In this document: in pieces, positions 53,766 to 64,000 of the stretch | How the letters are laid out: each line of letters starts with the position of its first letter | How positions within the stretch are numbered: the stretch's first letter is position 1 | From: Eledone cirrhosa | Taxonomy: Eukaryota | Direction: 5' to 3' | Length of the DNA: 64,000 bases | NCBI GenBank assembly: GCA_964016885.1 | Contig: OZ024742.1 | Location: 154,690,001-154,754,000 of the forward strand | The notes under the pieces: model-generated | Seen by the model: the letters and a program-made list of their open reading frames with translations, nothing else | What the model was told of the DNA's origin: nothing | Databases searched by the model: none | Translations under genes and position numbers: made by a program

Positions 53766-55422
53766 TGGGCGTCAGAATAAGAGAGAGAAAAAGAGAGATG
53801 TGGATGTTGCTTTTTATTGTGTGCCTCACGAAATGTGTATATTTATCTGTGTATACATATGCTAGTGTATGCATGCTAGTGTATACATGTGTGTGTAGCG
53901 TTTCTCATCTCACTTAGTGATTTTACGAAATACACACATCCAAGTATGTAAATACATATATGCATAATCTATCTTATGCATACATGTTACTACTGCAAAG
54001 AAATCAATGTGTCCATAATATTCAACTTTTCCCTACTGCATCAATATTAGAATTACATTCTTGATCCTTGCTTTTGGCACAGATTCCATATATTGCACAT
54101 TACATCCATCAATTATTCTTGCTGCTGGCACCATTCCCACACTTCAGATTTTTGTTTGTTAGTCTGTTTAAGAAGAGAAGTAGTGCTCCATTTGACCTGC
54201 ATTGATGATCCTTGGATGAGGGATCAAGAAAACTGGGTAAAGTTTGTTCTTCTGACGTTCTACTATACCACTCAAAGTTCATAAATCGATTAATCGCTAG
54301 TTGTAGACCGAGCACATGAAACTTCTATAGGATCTTTAAAGAACAATATGACAGACTTATATTCTCTTATCGACTCCATAGGCTGGACTTACACTGAAAA
54401 CAGTGTATTATTAAAAGCTTGTATATAGTCTAACGGAAGAATCGTGCACTGTTTCCAGAGCTGATGGAAGCTGCCAGTTATAGTTACTAATTTAAAGAGA
54501 TTTTTAGCGGAACATATGGAAAATTTTATGGAGGGTGGGGAAAAAACGTTCGTAATAAGACATGCAGTCCTGCATTTATTGCTGCAACATATTCAGACTG
54601 TTAGAAATTGAATGGTTGTTATTGTTGTCGTCGTTTAGTCTAAAGTTATCCAACTCGATGTTTCCGCCGAGAAATGATTCAAATGTCCAGAAAATTAACG
54701 AGCAAATGGTGTGAAATCGACAGGATGGTTCTGTCTTGCGCGGGTTGTGACAAAGCTGGCATTTTGAATGACAAGTACAAATCATTTTTTGACAGCTCAG
54801 GGGAATTGTGCAGCGTAACATAAAGTAAAACGTCAAGGAAATATCCGGCTGCTGGTATTCAAACTCACTAGTATACGATTGAGAACCAAACACACTAGCC
54901 AAAAATTTACTCGTGTTTACCCTCATCAAATACAAAAAAAAAATCAATCAGGATTATGTCAGAAAGTTAGGCATAATTTCTCATAGTACATCATACAATG
55001 TTTCCTCCATGTTTTACCGAGGGAAATGTGTGATTCGAAGGATAATCGTTTTCTGTTTTCATAGAAGATCAAGCAAGCGTATAAAGTATTATTAAAATGT
55101 TTCCTTAATATTTCTGCTTTGGTAATTGGAGGTTTCCTCTTGAAACAGTGTAGACGTATAATTATTGAGACATCAGTTTTCTCCTCAGATTGTTGACATT
55201 TTAAAAATGATTTTAATTATTCATAAATAACGTTTTTTTACTCGCCGGAGATATATACTATTATTAACAAAATAAATTCAAGCCTTTCCTCGCCACCGAA
55301 TCTTAACTACTTTGAAAAACATTCCTTGACAACATTATATCAAGAAAGCCTCACTTTCTCAATTTTGAAGGACGTGTGTATGTGTGTATTTATATATAAA
55401 TGTATATATATATATGTGTGTG

Positions 55423-55489
<67 letters not shown>

Positions 55490-57396
55490 TTATATGCATA
55501 TATGTTGGGGGTGAATGTGTGTGTAAGTGTATATTGATAATAATTTAACTAAACACCTAATATGTGAACCTCCACTGAATAATAGCTAAATTAGCTAAAT
55601 ATATAAAAGGGTCTGCTTGTCATCAACACCTTTTAAAAAATAACCCACCTATTTCTCTAACATACCTAGACTATAATTTTTGTTTATTCTTATTTATGCT
55701 TAACATACTTCCTCACATTTAATTACATAAACACTGAAACACAATAATTTATTACGGTTGAGTATTATGAAGGTATAATTTGTGAACTATACCGATTTAA
55801 CTGTATACCTCGTATATAAACTATTACATAGATTTATGAACTATTGTATAGATTCATACATATGAATACCCTCTTGCAGGTATAATTCAAATTACGAATT
55901 CACACAGGCGAAATCTCTTTCCTAAACCAACACCGTTTATTACAGTGTGATTCTTAATCATTAAGCAACGTAAGTATAATTAGCCACGCTCTACAGCAGG
56001 ACATAAATTAAACATATTACTTTACTCCTAAATACACCGCCATGTAAACGTACACCACATTTTCGCTTTGAACTTGCCCGTTGCTATTCCGCACGCTGCT
56101 TTATGTTTTCTGCTCTTGAATTTCTGTTATACCAGTGTGAGTCACTTGGAAGTAATAATGAACAAACTTATTGCATCTATTAAAGCAAAAATTATTAGTG
56201 GTGGGCTTGGACTGTTTGTCTCTCTCTCTCTGTTGGACATATCACCAATATACGGTCGTTTTTCCAACGCTTGCAAGAAATACTATGTACCATCTTATTC
56301 TTCATGAGCCTAAAACATATTTCTTCACTGTCATTGCCACCTTTCTCATCCACCAGCTTCGGCTACGTTTTTCATTGCTTGCCCATATCCAGTACTCGCT
56401 AATGTTCTTGATATCTGTTCTGAATTCAAACACTCTGGTGATATGTTGGTGTATTTGTATATTGTGTGAATAATTGTTACTTAATTAAAATAGATTGATT
56501 CGGTGTTTTCATATATATGCAAGATTATCACTTCTATAGAAACGATTGTAGATATTAAAGATGAATTTAATTTAAAATTGTTGATTCTCTTCACATTAAA
56601 TATTTATGCTCTGCTAACCTCATTGTCTTTAAGAGCAACGACCTTAACTATTTCGATTGTTTTGCATTCCTGATCTGCTGTATACATTAAGCGCTCATTG
56701 AACGTTTCACACCTTCCTAAATTGATTATGGAACATCATATATATATATATGTATATCGCAAAATAACATACGACATAAAAACGGAATACGTGGGACAAA
56801 TGTAGAAAAGCCTCTAACCTCCTCACTAACCACTCGCTGGCATGTTAAAGGCTGTGCATAAGAATAGTGTTGCATATATTGAGGCAAGGCCGCACGATGG
56901 CTTAGTACAAAGCACTGAAAAATGTAGGTGAGACAACACCACATAGGCTCAGGAGACAATAAGTGATTGTTTTCGAATAGGACAATAATGCGAATCAGTA
57001 CAAGGAACGCTGTTGTGCTCATGAATGCGAACATAACATTTTGAGTGCGACTATAATTTGATCTCGCACCGATCGAATTTGGTTTCTCACTTTAAATAAG
57101 TCAACGAGTTACATAATTACTTGTGGTTGGCAGCAGCAATAGCAGTGGGACCCCACACAGAAATGTCCTTAACATGCTATACATTATGCAGGAATTACAA
57201 CATGTTGGTTATATGAAATATACTGTATAAGCGTTCTGTGGATGTTGCATACTTCACGACAAGATTGTCAACAAATACAATTATCACAATCTAGTATTAA
57301 AGTAAGTAACCCACTGTACGTGGCGAGTTCATATTCTTCACACATCATCAAAATAGAATTGTTCTTTATTTATAAACAATTTGTTATAGAGCGGAT

Positions 57397-57540
57397 CCCA
57401 GTGTATTACTGGTACTTTATTTTATCGACCCCGTAAGGATGAAGGGAAAAGTTATCCTCGGCGGCATTTGAACTCAGATCATAAAAGGCTGCCAAGCATG
57501 GCGTCCGACCCTCTATCGATACTGCCAATCCACCGCCCTT
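57397..57540 (-). mobile_element. tRNA-derived SINE whose head abuts the minisatellite
   Basis: ACTGGTACTTTATTTTATCGACCCCGTAAGGATGAAGG..CTCGGCGGCATTTGAACTCAG..GATACTGCCAATCCACCGCCCTT. Confidence 0.85.
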
Positions 57541-58596
57541 AGGAGCCAATCCACCACCCTTAGGAGCCAATCCACCGCCCATAGGAGCCAATCCACCGCC
57601 CATAGGAGCCAATCCACCACCCTTAGGAGCCAATCCACCACCCATAGGAGCCAATCCACCGCCCTTAGGAGCCAATCCACCGCCCTTAGGAGCCAATCCA
57701 CCACCCTTAGGAGCCAATCCACCACCCTTAGGAGCCAATCCACCACCCTTAGAAGCCAATCCACCACCCTTAGGAGCCAATCCACCGCCCATAGGAGCCA
57801 ATCCACCGCCCTTAGGAGCCAATCCACCACCCTTAGGAGCCAATCCACCACCCATAGGAGCCAATCCACCACCCATAGGAGCCAATCCACCGCCCTTAGG
57901 AGCCAATCCACCGCCCATAGGAGCCAATCCACCGCCCTTAGGAGCCAATCCACCGCCCATAGGAGCCAATCCACCACCCTTAGGAGCCAATCCACCGCCC
58001 TTAGGAGCCAATCCACCGCCCATAGGAGCCAATCCACCGCCCATAGGAGCCAATCCACCGCCCTTAGGAGCCAATCCACCACCCTTAGGAGCCAATCCAC
58101 CGCCCTTAGGAGCCAATCCACCGCCCATAGTAGCCAATCCACCACCCTTAGGAGCCAATCCACCACCCTTAGGAGCCAATCCACCACCCTTAGGAGCCAA
58201 TCCACCGCCCTTAGGAGCCAATCCACCGCCCATAGTAGCCAATCCACCGCCCATAGGAGCCAATCCACCGCCCTTAGGAGCCAATCCACCGCCCTTAGGA
58301 GCCAATCCACCACCCTTAGGAGCCAATCCACCACCCTTAGGAGCCAATCCACCACCCATAGGAGCCAATCCACCACCCTTAGGAGCCAATCCACCGCCCA
58401 TAGGAGCCAATCCACCACCCATAGGAGCCAATCCACCGCCCATAGGAGCCAATCCACCACCCATAGGAGCCAATCCACCACCCATAGGAGCCAATCCACC
58501 ACCCATAGGAGCCAATCCACCACCCATAGGAGCCAATCCACCACCCTTAGGAGCCAATCCACCACCCATAGGAGCCAATCCACCGCCCATAGGAGC
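57524..58596. repeat. 21-bp minisatellite, 51 units, GCCAATCCACC(A/G)CCC(A/T)TAGGA
   Basis: 1073 bp = 51x21+2. Two bi-allelic positions plus three rare single-base variants. Confidence 0.98.
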
Positions 58597-60220
58597 TATG
58601 GATTATCAGAAAAAAATAAATAAATTTAAAAAGAAAATCGTTTGATCCAAAATTCAGTACGCGTTTGATGATTTTCGAAGTCCCTATGGTGGGCTTTTTC
58701 AAACACCCTTCTGCCTTTTATTGGATCATATGTTATCATTGCTTAAATAAGTTGGTTCACCATTTTTTCAAGCAGATACTAATCGCAGCTTTTGTATATT
58801 AATAGCATCGATTCACTCACTTCAGGAAATGTCTTAAATTTAGAATGTTGTATATTTGAGAAACTAGAAATTTAATGGCACAATGACGTTATCAATTGTG
58901 ACAGATTAATAGTGGAATACAAGAAAAGTGATATTATTCGCATTTAGTACATCAATTTCAATATTTAGAATCATGAATTCGTCTATGTCTCATCCACAGT
59001 ATTTCGAGTGGGGTATTGCAGCAATGGGTTTTTACACATAGACGCAAAGCTTATAATAGCTTGCGATATCACCAATATGGGTTTCCTGTGCTAATATGAC
59101 ATCAATGTCAATATCATTCGCTCTTTTAGCCAGGTAGTTGCATTTGGTTGCCGCATTGATTTGTAAGACACGTAGAGTTTTCCCGATGTGTCGATAAGTT
59201 TAGCCCTTAGAAGGGACGTTGGAGTGATGACTCATATGACTCATGATCAAAACGATTTCGACAACAACACAAGTTGATAGAACAAGGTGGGCATATATCG
59301 AGCAATGACATTAAATGAAATGAATTGCGTACAGGGTGGACCACGTTGCCATCTCCCATCCCATAAGTCACAGTAAATAGTATGTGATGACAAGCTTAAT
59401 CAAGAAAATCAATCATGACGTAAACAGAAAGTTTTACTTCAGAGCTAGAATAATGACATGGTTCTTCAGTCCCTGTGAAGTTATTTGCCACACAGACCCC
59501 AAGCTAGTGCTTTCTGAATTCTCGTACACATATAAGATCTCATGATTATGACAAAGGAGTCATGTTTATCCCGGTTTTGAAATCAGTGACCCTTCTCCAA
59601 GACAGACAGCCGCCCAAGGCTGGCGAGTTTTGTCTAGCCGATGCAACTGAATTTAATGTACCAGTAATTCACGTTTGCCCCTTCTCATTGTCCGTTTCAA
59701 ACATCTGCGCCTCGGGAGAACCAAGAGCTTGGCTTCGGTTATAAGAGATGTAAGCTGTTTCGTTCATTTAATAGAGTAGATTCTCAGGTCTACTCCCAGT
59801 CTGACAATGATAACCTTAGGAGAAATACATACACGCAAGTATGAATGCATGCACACACATTATATATATATATATATAAATGTGTGTGTGGGGTGGGGGG
59901 GGGGGGTATGTGTATGTGTGTGTCTGTGTATGTGTTTATATGCATTTGTGAATAAGTAAACAGGATTCTTACCAAAGGCGTAACGTTAGCAACGTATTTT
60001 AATAAATATCCGTATCTTCGTGAGTGTTAGATTGTCCCTTATATCGTTTTTACGTTGTCTGTGTTCGTGTTATATGAATGTATATTACAAATTTAACGCA
60101 AAAATGCATATAGATATTTGTTTGAATATATTGATTTATACATCGAGATGTCTGTAAATTGCGTATATTTATTGTTTATTATTATTATTATTATATGTTT
60201 ATTATTATTATTATTATTAT

Positions 60221-60483
60221 TACGGGGTCGATAAAATAAAGTACCAGTAATGCACTGGTTAATTGCTGGCCTTGTTCCTAAATCAGAAACAATTATTATT
60301 ATTATTATAGAGATTCGGACGTCATACTTTCCAGCATAGTTACGTCCCTTTAAGGACCGAGTTCAAATCCCGCCGAGGTTAACTTTGCCTTTCATCCTTA
60401 CGGGTCGATAAAATAAAGTACCAGTAATGCACTGGGTAATTGCTGGCCTTGTGCCTAACGTAGAAACAATTATTATTATTATT
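60221..60483 (+). mobile_element. Two tandem SINE copies with (ATT)n tails
   Basis: GAGTTCAAATCCCGCCGAGGTTAACTTTGCCTTTCATCC..GGGTCGATAAAATAAAGTACCAG..GCTGGCCTTGTGCCTAA..GAAAC-(ATT)n. The first copy is 5'-truncated. Confidence 0.88.
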
Positions 60484-63400
60484 GGTCGTCGGTAAGAGTA
60501 GCCGGGCCGGTTATTTGAAAGCTCCGTGAGTTACAGAATTTGAGTTGTTTTCTTAATTTGTATTAGCTATTTTTTGTTGCTAAGGGGTCGTAAGGCACTG
60601 TTATGTGCCCTGTAAAGAAGAGACGCTATAATATTTGGCCCTTTTGGCTTAAATATTTGAACTTTGTGTATTAAAAAGAAATTATCGAAAAAAGAAAAAA
60701 AACGTGGCTGAGCCACTCCCCCAACGATAAGTCTGCTGTCCAGTGACAGCAGTTTAAACGTTGAGAGAAGGGTTACAGCGAACAAAAACATTTATACCAC
60801 AAAGTACATGAACGACGACAGCAACAAGGACAACACTGACAACACTAACCTTTAACAAATGACAGCCACAGCAGTAACAGCGGCAACCAAAAGACAGACA
60901 GCAGCAGCAGAAATAATTGTTTCTACCTTTGGCACAAGGCCAGCAATTACCCAGTACATTACTGGTACTATATTTTATCAACCCCGTAAGGATGAAAGGC
61001 AAAGTTAACCTCGGCGGGATTTCGAAATTAACATAAAAAAACAAGAACATGAACAGCGACAGCAACAACGGAAACAAAACCAGACGCACCGAAAACAACA
61101 ACGGCGGTCCCAAAGATAAATCCAAGTGCAGCGGCTACAACAACACAACAACGACAATACCAAAAACACCACCCACAACAATAAGAACATTACCAACAAG
61201 AATAACACTTTCCCTGCGGTAGCAGCCAAAAAGAGGCCATGATTCAGGCATGGACCTCACGAATAAAGATGAAAAGTTGGCCCAGGCAGACAAGCTCATC
61301 AAGCAAGTGCAAACCTGGGCCAACTTAACTCTCCCGTCAGAATCTATTAAAGCAGTAGAGTTTAGAACAGTGTATTTCAGATGCATCTCAACAGAAACAA
61401 AGATGGCGGCTTTAATTTCCCAGTCAGATGTTTAAGCCGCGCTAAGGTGCATGAGGACACCGAATACATAGCGATGGGAAAACAATACAGCACCATTTCG
61501 GTGCTGTTTAAGTCAGAATCCCTCGCTCCAAAATATGCAATGACTACTTGCAAAACCAGCGAGGACATTACGTAACCCTCCCACATAGGAGCACGAATGG
61601 CTTGTGTTCGCATTCCCATGATTCCACCAGGACTTAAGATGTGGCGGCTCTTGGGATGCGTGATTGTGGAGGAGACGGATACTGCCCCGATAGAGGTTAC
61701 AAGAACTACCAGGGAGGACTGGTCCGGGGTTGAGCTGGAGATAATTCTTCATATCAGGCCCAAGAATGTGAAAACAATCCCAGACCATATCTGTCTCCAG
61801 TACGAGACGGTGGAACATATAATGAGTGAGGGCGAAAGGCCACATTGCTTTGTTTGCGGAGAAACAACCGATTTGAAAGCCTTCTGGGTTCAACTGCTGA
61901 AATTGCAAGGGGCCAAAGGCCTCCACTGCTGCCGATGCATGGGCGAGGTCCACCACCAACACTTGTACCGGCAAAACCACCAGCAACAACACCAAAGGAA
62001 TTGCCACCACCAACATTGGCCAACTAGGGGGGAAACGAAGATATATCTCCCATTCCACCTCCCCCCAAAAATACACACATGAACAAAAACACAAACACAT
62101 AGACACAGATACCCTTACAGCCACAGACCTCCCATCTTCTAGTAATGGAGATGAGGGGAAAATTAAATCCCCCCCCAAAACAAAAAAGAAAACACAGAAA
62201 AAAACCCACAAAGCACAAAAACACCAACAATAAAAAATGTATACACCGCACCAACACAATCACCATCACCAGAATTCCCAGAACGCAAACAACCTAAAGA
62301 GACAGAACAACAAAGACACACAGAAACAACCGAAACCGCAAACAGCACACTCACAACAACAAAAAAAACCTTGCCACCAAGGTCACGCATACAAATAAAA
62401 TCGTGCTTGTAAAAATCGAGCACATTTCGCGTGCGAATGTCGCTCGATTCTACAAATGATTTCGAGACAGATTTCCTCGGGACGTGGGAACCCCGAACTT
62501 CAAACCCACATCCAGACTTTTAATGGGGTTCCTAAAAGAAATCCCACTAACAATGGAGGTGGAACCACCCGAACTTCACAAAAGCCCGGCTGGTAAGTAA
62601 ACCTTTCCTCTCTCTTTTAGCCTACTAACATGGTCATATTAAGAGTAGGTAGTTTAAATGCTCCAGGATTGGGGACATCTTGGAAGCAGGGTCGCCTGCT
62701 CAACGACTTCAGGTCTCTAGAAATGGATGTAATTGCCGTCAGCGAGACAAGGATTTCCAAATCACACGCACTGGGCCACATTTTCGACGACTATCAGATC
62801 TTCCCATCCGGGAATGTGATATGGGGTGTCAGAGCTGTTTAGGAAAGGCCTGGATCTCGAGGTAATGTCGATCTTCCGGAACCTGGACGGTAAGTTGGTG
62901 GTCCTGGACGTGTACAATAGCAATCGTAGTGTCTTTAGACTGGTGGCCATCTACGCCCCTACCGTGGAGGGTCAGACTACTTCAGACTCCTGGAAGTATT
63001 TATAGGTACGTCTCGCCCTCTACTGTTAGCGGGGGACTGGAACGGCATCTTTCACAGACGGTGGGACTGTGTGAGATAGGAGTATCCGATAGGAGTGGGA
63101 AGTGCAAAAGCCACAAGTACCTGATCAGCCAGTACCAACTTTCTTACAGGTACCCACTAGATTTCCCTAATGCACCAGAGCGGACCTGTAAAAATAGCAT
63201 AGGTTCGTCTAGATCGTATATGGGCTGGATTTTCATTAGGAAAATTGATAGAGATTGTGTAGGCTAGATAAGACGCGTAGGTTCGGACCTAGTTACTGGA
63301 AGCTGAACATGCCATTTCCGGCACGTAAGGCGTAAAAGGACCGGGTCAATAATTTAGTTAAGCAAAAGTTGACAGGTGGGGGTGTCTTCAAGAACAGATG

Positions 63401-64000
63401 GGGAGTTTGCCTCAAAAGAAAGTAAAGAATGTTTTCGATAGGTTTAGCAAAGAAGTAGCGTTAAAGAAAAATAGAAAAGTTGGGGAAGCTGGAAGCTATT
63501 TGACGAGGCTATTTGAAGTGGCATTGCAATGGAGGTTCTAGCGGTGAGAATGGCATTAGACTATTTCTTAAATGCGAAACATGAAGGTTACATTGTCAGA
63601 GATAAGGCGTGTGCTCTGAGAAACGGGGGAACCAAAGCTGTCCGGTAAGCCCGCGTGGCAGAGGAGCAGCGTGGTAATAATACCACAATTCGGTCTTTGA
63701 CGGACAGAGACGAACACAAGCTGAGGGATTCCATGCGGATGTGTGAGGCGTTTTAATAGTACTTTGCTCGGTTTTCGGGGGAAGTGGCGGATCAGAGACG
63801 GTAGCAGAGTTCAGTCCTCACCTCGATGGCTTGCTGTACCTCTCGATGGCCGACGCTGAGCACTTCGAAAGGTCGATAGTTTCAGCCGAAATTCAGGATA
63901 CCCTTTTCGGCTGCACGAGGCGCAATTCACCCAGATGGATGGTCTGCCCTACGAGCTTTACGTTACTATGCCAGATTTGTTCTCCAAATACCTCGAAGCA
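60484..64000 (+). mobile_element. Decayed L1-clade (Tx1-like) LINE: ORF1 and ORF2 5' part, running off the window
   Basis: ORF1 remnants ~61250-62600 with knuckle GERPHCFVCGETT. ORF2 starts at 62630 (MVILRVGSLNAPGL..DVIAVSETR), then RLVAIYAP, LLAGDWN, WKLN, and MDGLPYE near 63940. Many frameshifts; 5' boundary uncertain. Confidence 0.85.
60912..61026 (-). mobile_element. SINE copy (inverted relative to 60314-60483)
   Basis: Near reverse complement of 60360-60475. Confidence 0.85.

Noticed and set aside
57406-58590. 394-aa (GGGLAPM/K)n and 356-aa (VDWLLW/R)n ORFs
   Set aside because: A 21-bp unit without stops gives open frames automatically. The frame runs into SINE sequence and the unit derives from a SINE junction.
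57524-58596. CRISPR array or telomeric (TTAGG) repeat
   Set aside because: There are no unique spacers or cas genes. TTAGG is only one allele within a 21-mer, and molluscan telomeres are TTAGGG.

Overview
AT-rich, gene-poor eukaryotic DNA, most likely from an octopod cephalopod (inferred from tRNA/Nin-core SINEs of the Octopus type and very long (TA)n/(TG)n/(GA)n tracts). It is essentially intronic or intergenic, with no confidently identifiable host gene; one candidate exon lies at 22118-22224. Most ORFs in the track are microsatellite translations. The window is dominated by Penelope-like elements (PLEs): one uninterrupted RT + GIY-YIG ORF (3-2027, open at the window edge), several decayed copies, and many short pLTR pieces flush with (TA)n. 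Folding by eye gives about 15 type-I hammerhead ribozyme (HHR) motifs from at least 8 unrelated families, two of which show compensatory stem changes between copies. Highlights: (i) a 595-bp head-to-tail dimer (29745-30866) with a U3-A8 core-variant HHR in each unit, i.e. a retrozyme-like unit predicted to release a 595-nt RNA, plus a second, unrelated U3-A8 minimal HHR at 38208-38240; (ii) recurrent fold-back palindromic junctions, several centred in the presumed HHR stem II; (iii) a 51x21-bp minisatellite built from a SINE head junction, with a CCAAT box and a GC/CACCC box in every unit. Also present: remnants of CRE-like, RTE and L1/Tx1 LINEs, mariner and maT-like transposons, a Helitron, SINEs, and an unexplained 435-bp inverted duplication. 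The PLE-HHR association itself is already known. Everything here was read by eye; no folding software or database search was run.
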